A stretch of 64,000 bases of DNA from contig NC_043001.1 in NCBI RefSeq assembly GCF_006345805.1, positions 126,170,001 through 126,234,000 of the forward strand, read 5' to 3'. The notes beneath the pieces were generated by a model. That model saw only the letters and a list, made by a program, of their open reading frames with translations. It was not told where the DNA came from and did not search any database. Within the stretch, counting starts at the first letter, position 1. Every line of letters starts with the position of its first letter. Origin of the DNA: Octopus sinensis (Eukaryota). Below are positions 41,027 to 53,710 of the stretch, piece by piece. Position numbers and translations under genes: made by a program.

Positions 41027-41316
41027 GGAGGCACAATGGCCCAGTGGTTAGGGCAGCGGACTCGCGGTCGTAGGATCGCGGTTTCGATTCCCAGACCCGG
41101 CGTTGTGAGTGTTTATTGAGCGAAAACACTTAAAAGCTCCACGAGGGTCTGGCAGAGGGTGGTGATCCCTGCTGTACTCTTTCACCACTCTTTCTCCCAC
41201 TCTTCCTTCTGTTGGCTTGCTCACTTAGCTAGCGGGGTGGCGTCATTCAAAGACTAAAACAATGCGAACGCATTGTGACCAGCGATGTGTCTGGTCGGTC
41301 ACGTGATCACGTGGTA
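41027..41316 (+). mobile_element. SINE-C with tRNA(Arg)-like head, tail type 1
   Basis: GGAGGCACAATGGCCCAGTGGTTAGGGCAGCGGACTCGCGGTCGTAGGATCGCGGTTTCGATTCCC has A and B boxes but no pairable acceptor stem. The first ~170 bp are shared with 53711-54094. Confidence 0.8.
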
Positions 41317-41499
41317 TACATCATATATTTTCCAGGTTATATGTCGTGGACGTTTGTCAAAATGAGTGTTGTCCAAGACCTGATGATTGATATGGTTTAG
41401 CTGTCTATGACACTTGAAGTTATACTGAATTTTCATTAACAACTATATTATGTTACATACATCCTGTATATCCTGATATCCTTGGCACTTGATGAAACA

Positions 41500-41790
41500 G
41501 ACCAACACAAAGGTAATAATCAGTTTTGGTTACCCATAAAAAATTCATTACAATCGCACAACGTCTCAACAACGACCTGGAAGCCAAAGGTCCATTGTAA
41601 ATCTCCCAAAACAGATCAGTTTGAAGAATGAACTGGAGTAAGACAGGGATGTGTAATTAACCCTGCACTCTTTTTCCATATTCCTCTCAGCTATGCCTGA
41701 ACTCATTAGGGGTTATTCCCTAGTTGGCGTCCAGATTTTGTAAGAGAGATGACAAGCTATTCAGCCCTTGCAAATTTCGCGAACATATGT
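41500..41790 (+). pseudogene. RTE (BovB-like) reverse-transcriptase fragment
   Basis: FGYP.KFITIAQRL...TGVRQGCVINPALFSIFLSAM...GVQI...DKLF, with stops and frameshifts. Confidence 0.75.
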
Positions 41791-41904
41791 ATCTGTCCAT
41801 GTATGCCTGTATAATACATATACATACATACATATATACATACATGCATGCATACATACATACATACATACATACGTACATACATACATAATACATACAT
41901 ACAT

Positions 41905-42146
41905 TATGGCTGCCCCCTCGTTATCGAGTATGGCCATTGTACGAAGCTTAACTGTTACTGGTGCTGTGATCGAATGTGACTTTTTAGCCCAGTTAAAGAT
42001 CTACAATGTCTTGTACAAAATTGGCAACTAAAACCTTTATTGGTAATAGTCGGCTGTAGTTGTAACTGGGCTTCATGTACCTTTGCATGTCGTTTAAGTC
42101 CTCCTGCCGAATTACACTCTCTTCCACATGCCCGACAGATATGATA
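41905..42146 (-). mobile_element. RTE-clade LINE 3' end with two C2H2-type zinc-finger motifs
   Basis: CRACGRECNSAGGLKRHAKVH and CQFCTRHCRSLTGLKSHIRSQH, followed by a (TATG)n tail. Same family as 3661-3809. Confidence 0.8.
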
Positions 42147-42332
42147 CATACATACATACATACATACATACATACATACATACATACATGCATGCATACC
42201 TGCATATATACATACATGCACACATATGCGTATGCGTGTGTTTAAACGTATTCCTAGGTACAAATATATTTGCGCACATATACATGTATATATAAATATA
42301 TATGAGCACGCTCCCACATTATATATATATAT

Positions 42333-42597
42333 AGGGAGAGTTTACGAAAAAAACAAAAGACGCAGACAGGTGGTGTACAAAACAAACAGATGTATTAGTA
42401 TAACGCTCAGGAATAGAAAAATCCTTTTACGTTTCGAGCCTATATATATATCAACAACAATATGAGGACAGTATTAATAAGACGCCCAGGGAAGGAACGA
42501 AAGGGTGTTTTACGTTTCGATCAATGTTCTTCTTCGGAAACAGGAGACAGAGGAAAGTCCAAAAGAAAAGGAAGACGAGAGGGAAAAAGTCGCCAAG
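42333..42597 (-). mobile_element. Diverged PLE-like terminus related to family 1, with two tandem hammerhead-like units
   Basis: Unit at 42506-42542 reads UGUUU-CCGAAGA-AGAACAUUGAUC-GAAACGUA-AAACA. A degenerate unit with GAAACGUAAAAG lies at ~42423-42455. The repeat abuts (TA)n. Confidence 0.6.
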
Positions 42598-42664
<67 letters not shown>

Positions 42665-42699
42665 ATCTATATATATATATATCTATATATATATATATA

Positions 42700-42741
<42 letters not shown>

Positions 42742-42800
42742 TACATATATATATATATATACACATATACCCTTGCACATATATATGTATGTGTGTCTAC

Positions 42801-42850
<50 letters not shown>

Positions 42851-42883
42851 GTGTGTGTGATTGTGTATAGAAGAATATATTAA

Positions 42884-42924
<41 letters not shown>

Positions 42925-44069
42925 TATATATGAGAAAGAGAGAAATAGAGACAGACAGGCAGATATACAGACAGGTGGAGAGGTGGAGAAAAAGAATTAT
43001 ACAAAAAGTAGGCCATTGTCCGTAGCGGTCAAGCGTAACAAGAGGCATGACAAGATGAGTGCTCTTATTTTACCCGGAAAACTATTTTTTTAGTGTTATT
43101 ATTTTCTTTACATTTTTTTTATTTATTTTACATCTGGTCTTTACCCTTAAGGCCCTACTTAAAGCACTTAAGGGTTACAGAAGTAGACATATACAAAGAA
43201 AGTGCAAGAAGTGGGGTGGGGATGTAGGGGCTATTGGCTTTCACACTCGTAACCTGAAGTCTTTCACAAAATCTCTTACAAATTATTAGCTGATTTAACG
43301 CTTGAAGCGGAAACCGAAATGCTTTTTAATAAAATTTCAACAGTCAGCACATCCAGTTCAAAATTTCCGGCCGAATTTGCGTGATTATATTCTTTTACTT
43401 GTTTCAATCATTGGACTGCAGCCATGCTGGTGCAACGCATTGAAGGGTTTAATCCAAACAAATCGACTCCAGTATTTATTACTCTTTACTCTCTTTACTC
43501 TTTTACTTGTTTCAGTCATTTGACTGCGGCCATGCTGGAGCACCACCTTTAGTCGAGCAAATCGACCCCGGGACTTATTCTTTGTAAGCCCAGCACTTAT
43601 TCTATCGGTCTATTTTGCCGAACCGCTAAGTGACGGGTACCTAAACACACCAGCATCGGTTGTCAAGCAAACCTAGGGGGACAAACACAGACACACAAAC
43701 ACATACACACACACTTATGTATATATACATATATACGACAGGCTTCTTTCAGTTTCCGTCTACCAAATCCACTCACAAGGCATTGGTCGGCCCGGGGCTA
43801 TAGCAGAAGACACTTGCCTAAGATGCCACGCAGTGGGATTGAACCCAGAACCATATGGCTGGTTAGCAAGCTACTTACCACACAGCCATTTGTTTTATTT
43901 TATTTATTCGTTTATTTGAAAACTGGTACTTTTTTTTATCCAAACCGATAAGTTACGGATTCGTAAACAAACCATCAATGGTTGCCAAGTGATGAGGGAA
44001 CAAATATGATATTCAAAGACGTACACATATATACATAAACATACATAAATAATACGTACATACATACAT

Positions 44070-44450
<381 letters not shown>

Positions 44451-44754
44451 TGAGAGGCTCCATACAGTTTCCACCTACCAAATTCATTCATAAGTTGCGT
44501 GAGATACAATGACGATCACGAAAGCTTCACATTTCTTGGCCCATCAACAAGGCCGTAATTTCATTATTGGTTACAGCACTACTGTTGCCAATCCGAACTT
44601 CCGCAATGTTTTTTTAAAAGACGGCTCCTACATGCCTGTAATAGAAATTTCAGGTTCAGTCTCACACAGTAGGGCTGAACTTGAACCGTCTTTTATAGTA
44701 GTAGAGAGTTTCGTTAAAGGGATTTTCCCCTAGCGGTGAGTTATAATATAAAAA

Positions 44755-45196
44755 ATATAACAAGAGAAGGAAAATACACACAATTTACATATATTTTATA
44801 TGATTGAATACTTATATAGTCTACCGGTTTCGCGTTTTGCTAATCATTACTGAGAGATTACTGAAAATATTGCAATTTCATAGTATCCCAAGGAGTCTTT
44901 ATTCCTCGTTGTTTGCATGAGAGTAGTGCTATTATGTCCCCCGTCCCGAATAAAAAACAATCATCAATTACCTGCCCTTAGGTTTATTTACATGCAGGTT
45001 CACTTACGAACAAACTCTCATGCAAACAACATGGACTAATACTCCTTAAAATACTACGAAATAGCATTATTTTCATCAATTTCTCAATCATGATAAGCAA
45101 AATGATGTGAAACCGGTAGACTATGTCAACATTCTATCTCACAAAATATATAAAAAATATATAAATTGTGTGCATTTCCCTTCTTTTGTTATATAT
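44755..45196. repeat. Older inverted repeat (arms 44755-44924 and 45014-45196), probably a decayed PLE fold-back
   Basis: The arms align as reverse complements with many substitutions. Both keep GAAACCGGTAGACTA, a hammerhead-like 3' half with palindromic ACCGGT. The CUGANGA core is not intact. Confidence 0.6.
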
Positions 45197-45286
45197 ATAT
45201 ATAAGGACAAATTTCACCTAGTAGTATTTCGGTACTACTAGGTGAAATTTGTTGATTTTACTGAATTAATTATATTTCACCCTATA

Positions 45287-45396
<110 letters not shown>

Positions 45397-45518
45397 TATA
45401 TATATATATAATATATATATATATATACACGAAATAATATTATTATGGAGGCAACACAGGTGAAGTCTAATAGAACATAATTGAAATACACATCCAAAAC
45501 TTATATAAATACATATAC

Positions 45519-45923
45519 CTTTATATATAAAAGTCAAGTTGTGTGTATGTCTCCTACGATTTAGATTCCTAACTACTCCCACATTTTGCTGTGCAGTGTA
45601 ACCAAAACCGGGTTTCTTATAGTCGTGATTCATATCGAGCCCTTCTGGGTATTAGCGTGCGTATACGATCAGTCTACGATTTTAAAAATTATTTACCATC
45701 ATTTTTTTCCATTTTGCATTTTTGCATTAATGCATTTTTTTCGCGATTATATAAGGGAAGTAACTCTCTTAAAATGTCTACGATGAGTCAACGATTTAAA
45801 AAAAATTTACCATAATTTTTTTTCTATTTTTAATGCATTTTTTTGCTATTTTTTGGCTCTCTAAAAATGCTTATATAGTTATTTCCCTTATAAACCCGAG
45901 CAACGCCGGGCGATACTGCTAGT
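45519..45923 (-). mobile_element. Helentron/DINE-1-like element
   Basis: Same family, both termini present. Confidence 0.7.
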
Positions 45924-46236
45924 TCTCTATAAAATGGAAATAAAATTCCAAAATAAACAAATATATATAAATAGACAATTTATATAAAATACGATTGAAT
46001 TTAAATAAAAACGATTGAATATCATTTGTAATTTCATTTAAAATCGTACATTTATGATGAAATTAAAAATTCAACTTGAATGGATTACGTATTAAAAGGA
46101 TATTAAAACCAATGAAAGAAAAAGTATATAAACATCACATCTACGGGCCGTTTCAGAGATGTGCCAAGGAATATGACATATATCATATTACTCAATTTCA
46201 TGTTACTTAATTTCATCATTTAATTTGACCTCGTGA

Positions 46237-46427
46237 GTACCGCTGGCGATTTTTTTTTCCTCTGTCTTCCCTTCGCGGGATCTTTCCTTCTATGTTTCCG
46301 ACGAAGAGCTCCGCTCGAAACGTTAAACCCTCCTTCTTCCCTTCTTTCCTGAGCGTCCAATAATACTAAATTTGTTCCACGTCCTCGCTTTGTTGTGTTT
46401 TTTTTTGTGTTTTCTTGTTTGGATTAC

Positions 46428-46428
<1 letters not shown>
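46237..46428 (+). mobile_element. PLE-like terminal repeat, family 1, with hammerhead-like motif at 46294-46328
   Basis: Reverse complement of the 8684 and 47666 copies. Ends in (TA)n. Confidence 0.72.
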
Positions 46429-46459
<31 letters not shown>

Positions 46460-47438
46460 CCACACTTTATATTAAAAGCACCATTTCGTGCGATTTTAAC
46501 CTTTTATTTGATGGATTTTTCACATTTTCTTATTAGATCGTTTGGTTTAGTTTGGAAGAATATCATTCCTAAATCTATGCAACCCATTAACAATTGAAAC
46601 CCTTTTCGGTCACAATATTAAAATAAAAGTATGGTAATATTGGCGTGTTAATCGCATGCTTTACAGTGAATAACAACGCATCATGGAATCACTGTTATAA
46701 CTGATAAAACTTGTGTCCAGTTTTAAAAAAACGTGCAACTATTAAGTCCTGCTAAATTTTATCATTTATTGTATGTGTGATGGATTTCTGCATTGATTTT
46801 ATAGTGTTTTACCCATTGGGGTCTTAGAGTTATTGCCATTCCCCCGATTTCACCTTTGTGTATTGGTGAAAATTTGTGGTCTTAAGTCGTTTCTGACAGC
46901 TTTTTTAGCATGCTGGTGCTATCTCTAGCAGCTTTTATTATTAATTAATAATTATTTACCTTTATGGTTTTTTTACGCATGCTAAGCCACTGATATTATT
47001 GTAAACAATGTCCTGATATATTTTTTATGATTTTTATTCATTTCGATCACCTTTTTAAATTTGCTGTGGTATTAAAAACGGTCATCACACACAGTGGTTG
47101 AGACGGGAAAGCTCTATGACCGTAGATCAGTAAGACTCGCTGAGGCTGACCAAGTGATATTTTCACAAAGTTTGAAATCGCTGCAATACGGGTGAGTCTG
47201 GCTTTTCAATTTTCGATTTTCTTTCGTCATTTGCATGGGGCCTTAGGGTTATTTTGCCCATTCTCCCGATTTTACCTTTGTGTATTAGAGAAAATGCGTG
47301 GTTTTAAGTCGTCTCTGACTGCTATTTTAGCATACTGGGGCTTTCTCTAGTACCCTTCATTAGTAAGATATATATATATATCTATTATATATATATATTA
47401 TATATATATATATATAGATATATAGATATATATATAAT

Positions 47439-47471
<33 letters not shown>

Positions 47472-47534
47472 GTAATATATATATATATAATATATATTAT
47501 ATATTATATATTATACATACATACATACATATCA

Positions 47535-47565
<31 letters not shown>

Positions 47566-47665
47566 CAATGCAATGCATAAAATACGATTGAATTTAAATA
47601 AAAACGATTGAATGTCATTTGTAATTTCATTTAAAATCGTACATTTATATATATATATATATATA

Positions 47666-47880
47666 GTTAATCCAAACATGAAAACACAAAGAGAAAACAC
47701 AACAACGCGAGGAAGTGGAACAAGTATAGTATTATTGAACGCTCAGGAAAGAAGGAAAGAAGGAAAGAAGAAGGGTTTAACGTTTCGAGCGGAGCTCTTC
47801 GTCAGAAACCTAGGAAAAGGAAAGATCCAAAGAAGGGAAGACGGAGGAAAAAAATCGCCAACGGTACACACGCGGTCACA
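47666..47880 (-). mobile_element. PLE-like terminal repeat, family 1
   Basis: Same family as 8684-8870. Begins at a (TA)n tract. Confidence 0.72.
47774..47810 (-). ncRNA. Minimal type I hammerhead ribozyme motif (family 1, canonical core)
   Basis: GGUUU-CUGACGA-A-GAGC-UCC-GCUC-GAA-ACGU-U-AAACC: 5-bp stem I, 4-bp stem II, palindromic ACGU stem III, GUU triplet. Confidence 0.75.
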
Positions 47881-48093
47881 TTTTGAATGACTGGAAGAGA
47901 ATGGCTGAAGAAAAAGTTCTTTCAAAGACAGGAGAGTACAAGAGGAGGTATGTGTGTGTAAGTGTGGATATGTGCGTGCGCGCAGGTCTGCGTATGCGTG
48001 TGTGTGTGTAGTGTGTATGTGTGCAATGATAGTACGTGTGTGTGTGTGGTTGTAGCTGTTAATCTATGTGTGTGGTTGGGCTTAGTATTGTTT

Positions 48094-48137
<44 letters not shown>

Positions 48138-49729
48138 GTTCATATGTATGTATGTGTCATAGAAAACAATGAATTAGTACTTAATGGCGCCATTTACATT
48201 CGTCTACATAAATCATTCACAAAATTCTTACTTTCTTTACTTTTTTCTCTTCTTCCTCTTTCATCTCAATCTAAGAGAAATTAGAGATGCGTTTCCTTCA
48301 ATGCGCTTCCTTCCTTTAGATGTCGCTGTTTCACCTACTTTAGGCCAGGAAGGAGATTTAGGAAACACTCTCTTCTTTCTAATAATATACAAACAGAAAA
48401 TAACAATAAAGTATAAAAAGAAGGTACAGAACCTTAAAAATAGGTGTTAAATAAATATGAATTAAATGAATGTTTGAGAAATTAAAAAACAAAGTATATC
48501 AAGAAAGATTTCAAGAAACAATTTTTCAATATGCGACAACTAGAACAAATATATATAAAAAAAAAAAAGAAGCAGGAAATCACGGATTTTACGGATATGA
48601 AATTTGAGCTTTCATTGACGAAAGTACATTCTTAATATAACTAGGGCAACGTCCCAACGACTGATCCTTTTCTACAGGTCCCGGAAATATTTCAACCTCC
48701 AGTAATTATTGATATTGTAAAAAAAAGAGGACTACCATGGTGTATTACTCTCACAGATGGGGTTGTAAACGCTGCTGCATACACAGATATCTAGGAAAGG
48801 GCTACCTTATCGACTAGCATTAACTCATTGGTGGATATTGATATATATTGATGGATATATTCTATCCTGTGACCACGAGTGTGCTGTCTCTTCGAAGTGC
48901 TTTTTCTGCTGTACCATAATTCTCCCTGTTCCTCGGAACTCTGTTGCCTCGTGCTATCTCCACCCACCACTCCCATCCTATTTGTCACTCCTTTTCTCAT
49001 CACTTTTTCTCTTTTTTGTGTACAACTCACTACGCGTAGGTCATGGTCAAATCTTTCAGTGGTTGCTTTACATGGGTGCAAGGGGTGACTTTCAGCATTA
49101 ACTGGAGGGCGGAAGTGATCTTTTCCGGTTGGCTAACGAAATAGCAGGACTGCAATTTGTCGGACACAATCCGACATACGTAGAGTTGCCCGTCAACGAA
49201 ACTATCATCCCAGATGATAGTTTTTGTTCACGGGAAGGATGTGTTTGCCAGAAGCATTGTGAAAACTCTGATTGAGAACAGTAGCGCTGTGACGGATAAT
49301 GAAATTAGGGCAATGTTTATAGGCTGGGAAATGTGATGCTTCGATCATCATTATTGTGTCTCACGCAGCTTCAAGTTGTAGTCGATAGATAGTGGTGAGT
49401 TGATGATGACGATGATGTAGTGAAGAGAGAGGGGAAGAAGAAGGAAAAGTAGGAGGAGGATGAGGGAGCATGAAGAAAGCGGACGAGAGGTTGAAGATGA
49501 TGAAGATGATGATTATGACTATGGTGACAAAGATAATAACGGTGAAAAGATGACTGATACGTTTCGCCACGTTGACCCTAAAGATCTATTCCACATTTCT
49601 CTATATGCTTAAGCAATTTCACCAACTGCATCGTTCTGAACCCTATTACATTTTAACAGGGTTTCTAAATTAAATTTCTCTGTCTCTCTCACAAGTTATA
49701 AGATAGCCCACTACAAATCCAGCCTTTCT

Positions 49730-50147
49730 TATTTCTTTATTGCCCACAAGGAGCTAAACACAGAGAGGACAAACAAGGACAGCAAACGGATTAAGTTGAT
49801 AATATCGACCACAGTGCGTAACTGGTACTTATTTAATCGACCCCGAAAGGATGAAAGGCAAAGTCAACCTCGGCGGAATTTGAACTCAGAACGTAGCGGC
49901 AGACGAAATACCTATTTCTTTACTACCCACAAGGGGCTAAACACAGAGGGGACGAACAAGGACAGACAAACGGATTAAGTTGATTACATCGACCCCAGTG
50001 CGTAACTGGTACTTAATTTATCGACCCCGAAAGGATGAAAGGCAAAGTCGACCTCGGCGGAGTTTGAACTCAGAACGTAACGGCAGACGAAATACCGCTA
50101 AGCATTTCGCCCGGCGTGCTAACGTTTCTGCCAACTCGCCGCCTTCT
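49730..50147 (-). mobile_element. Dimeric SINE-A copy
   Basis: Head + body + 70-bp linker + second body + linker, with junction AAAGAAATA|GGTATTTCG. Confidence 0.85.
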
Positions 50148-51411
50148 TGTCTTTTTAATTATTACTCTGATAAACATGTCTGACTTTTTCGTTTTCTTCC
50201 CGCCATTACCATTCAACGGTTTTGTGATTTTGCCAATTTGGTTCAGTATCCAATCATAGTTTTTTTCCTGATTAATCATATACCCCTGTTGCAGTATACG
50301 AGAATTTGAATACTTCTAATTTTGTTGGAATCTTTCATGAGACTTTGTCAAATCCGTTGATGATAATAGTGTTGTTATAATGAGGTTGATATTACGTTGT
50401 TTCTATTTTATTATAAATCTCAATTTCAAATCAGCTGTCAATGATTTACTTGCATTGTTTGTCTTATTTTTCTGCAATTCTCCTATAAATCTGCACAATG
50501 TTGTATTTAGAATTGCAACGAAAATTTCACAAAAACATAGCAGAAAAACTTCAAAATTGGTTGGAAAATGAAAAATGTTTACACACGCGCACACACACAC
50601 ACACACCACTCACACGCACGCACACACAGTCCTTCAAATAGACAATATATTCATAATATTAGTAGAAAGAGGCTGAGTAATCTATAAAAAAACATGTGCA
50701 TTCAATTATTTATCAGGTTGGATAAGTGTGATACATGTCATAAAGTTGGACCTTCGAATTACAGCTGGCTATTACCCTCGATGAAAAATATAGATATATA
50801 TATATATATATATAATATTTTATAAGACTGCATAGATTTTCAACATACAAGATATTGCATTATAATTTTTAGCAAAACTTATAATGGAGTATCCTATATA
50901 GTCTTATATATCCGAAGAAGGCAGTATATTTCGATTTGATGTAACGCTTGCATTGTTCGATTAAATGGAGCCGCCTGAAACGGCCGTAATGCACTAATGA
51001 CTTGTCATCCTTGTTACTTATTTGATTTTTATTCACCTTCGAGCTATGCGGATAATACTGGACTGACTTGGTGCACCTTAGGCAACGTCGCACCTTAGGC
51101 AAGTGTCCTCTATTACTGCCTCGGGCCGACCAAAACCATGTGAATGGATTTGATTGATGGAACTTGAAAGAAGCCTGTCGTATATAATTGTATATATTTG
51201 TGTCGGTGATTGTTCCCCCCCCCCATCATCATCGTTTAACAACCGATTCTAGTGTGTTTACGTTCCCGTAACTTAGCTGTTCGGCGAAAGAGCTCGATAG
51301 AATAAGTATTAGGCTTACAAAGTATAAGTCCTAGGGTAGACATGTTCGACTAAAGTCGGTGTTCCATCATGACCGCAGTCAAATGACTGAAACACGTAAA
51401 AGAATAAAAGA

Positions 51412-51468
<57 letters not shown>

Positions 51469-51475
51469 ATATATT

Positions 51476-52957
51476 ATATTGTTATATTTCGGAATGGTCA
51501 TATTGCCAGTTTAGCCAATAAAAACACACGCACTATATTTTGGTGTTATTTTGCTTCCAGTGATATTATTTATTTATTTATTTATTTTTTTATTTTTTAC
51601 ATTAATCTTAATCTTATTCGGCCAAAGTTCTTTCGTTCACACTCCTGTGACCGCATCAGTGGTCCTTTGTTTTCTCTCACTTACTTGTGTCTCTCCTTAC
51701 TAACGTCAGCCATTTTGTATTTCTATTGTATGTCTTCATTTGCGCATGCTTATATCTCTATGTGCGTCTATGTTTATTTAGTGTGGGGGGGGATGCCTGT
51801 AATATTTGGATCTTCTGGTTATATACATCTTGTAATTTGTATTTTGTTTTTGTTGTTGTTGCTTTTGTTCTAATTTTGTTCATGTGTTTACATCCACCCA
51901 TTATTATCATTACATATGCTTGTATGTATGTATAACAACAATATTAGTAATAATAATAATAAATCTAATCGAAAAAAAATAATATATATACATATACATA
52001 TATATATATACATACATATACATATACATATACATACATATATACACACATACATACACATATAGATATTCATTTCTATTTCTTTAATACCTGTGTATTT
52101 ATTATGTTTGCAGGATCCACTATTGTCATATGTTGTGGTGTGCGCTATTGCTCCATTCTAGTTTTCTATTCAGGCTAGGTTTATTTTCTATTATATGTGT
52201 AGCTTCTGTAATTTGTCTAATTGTTGCATCTGTTCTATGTGTGGACAATATCTTAATCTCTATGTTATTGATTGATCCCCCGTGTTCTTGTTCGGCGTGT
52301 TGGTACATAATAAATACATAATAAATACACAGGTAATTAAAGAAATAGAAATGAATATCTATATGTGTATGTATGTGTGTATATATGTATGTATATGTAT
52401 ATGTATATGTATGTATATATATATATGTATATGTATATATATTTTTTTTTTCGATTAGATTTATTATTATTATTACTAATATTGTTGTTATACATACATA
52501 CAAGCATATGTAATGATAATAATGGGTGGATGTAAACACATGAACAAAATTAGAACAAAAGCAACAACAACAAAAACAAAATACAAATTACAAGAATTAT
52601 ATAACCAGAAGATACAAATATTACAGGCATCCCCCCCCCCACACACTAAATAAACATAGACGCACATAGAGATATAAGCATGCGCAAATGAAGACATACA
52701 ATAGAAATACAAAATGGCTGACGGTTAGTAAGGAGAGACACAAGTAAGTGAGAAGAAAACAAAGGACCACTGATGCGGTCACAGGAGTGTGACGAAAGAA
52801 CTTTGGCCGAAATAAGATTAAGATTAATGTAAAAAATAAAAAATAAAAAAAAAAATAAATAAATAAATATCACTGAAGCAAAATAACACCAAATATATAG
52901 TGCGTGTGTTTTTATTGGCTAAACTGGCAATATGACCATTCCGAAATATAACAATAT
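51476..52957 (-). mobile_element. 5'-truncated Penelope-like element with an inverted copy of its ~630-bp 3' terminal region
   Basis: Arms 51476-52107 and 52316-52957 are near-identical reverse complements. The 208-bp spacer encodes a GIY-YIG C-terminus (QHAEQEH...IKILSTHRTDATIRQITEATHIIENKPSLNRKLEW). Each arm has a hammerhead-like motif. Confidence 0.88.
52764..52808 (+). ncRNA. Hammerhead-like motif (family 2; A9 replaced by C). Mirror copy at 51620-51665 on the minus strand
   Basis: GGACCA-CUGAUGC-G-GUCAC-AGGAGU-GUGAC-GAAAGAACUU-UGGCC. Confidence 0.6.
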
Positions 52958-53009
52958 CTGTTTCAACACACGACTTCACATAAAAAATCTTGCACAACAA
53001 ATATTTAAA

Positions 53010-53121
<112 letters not shown>

Positions 53122-53254
53122 ATACACGCACATACACGCACATACACTCAGAAATATATGTATGTAATAATATATATACATATATATACATATATACATA
53201 TATATATACATTATATACATACATATATATATACACATATATATATACATAAAA

Positions 53255-53327
<73 letters not shown>

Positions 53328-53710
53328 GCTCAAGATTTCCTGTAGACTGGTTCTTATTTGTTGATAAGTAAACATGACATTCGATAGGATATTTACCTAT
53401 AAAAATTTAAAGTGCTAATTAGCCCCAATTTTTATTAAATTTCTAAAAGTATGGTAAACCGTTAATTAAAGCCTAATCTGGCAACCCTTGACAGCGTAAC
53501 GATTGAACAACCTATTGCAATCCAGTAAATGAAAATTCAGTAAATATTAACGGAGTGGGAATGAAGGAAGTTATGTAACGTAAGGGTGGAGTGCAAGTAG
53601 AAGCCATTTATAGTGGATACATTTTCTGGATAAAGAATTTTAAAATAAGAGATGTAATCATATCAAGTAAACAGGATAAAGATATTGCATATGAGGGATC
53701 TTGCGCACTC

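Noticed and set aside
41027-41100. tRNA-like sequence (also 54020-54094)
   Set aside because: A and B boxes are present but the acceptor and anticodon stems do not pair, and it continues into a shared repeat body. It is a SINE head, not a tRNA gene.
41955-42146. Host C2H2 zinc-finger gene exon
   Set aside because: The same sequence recurs at 3661-3809, lacks the TGEKP linker and splice sites, and ends in an RTE-type tail, so it is a retroelement end.
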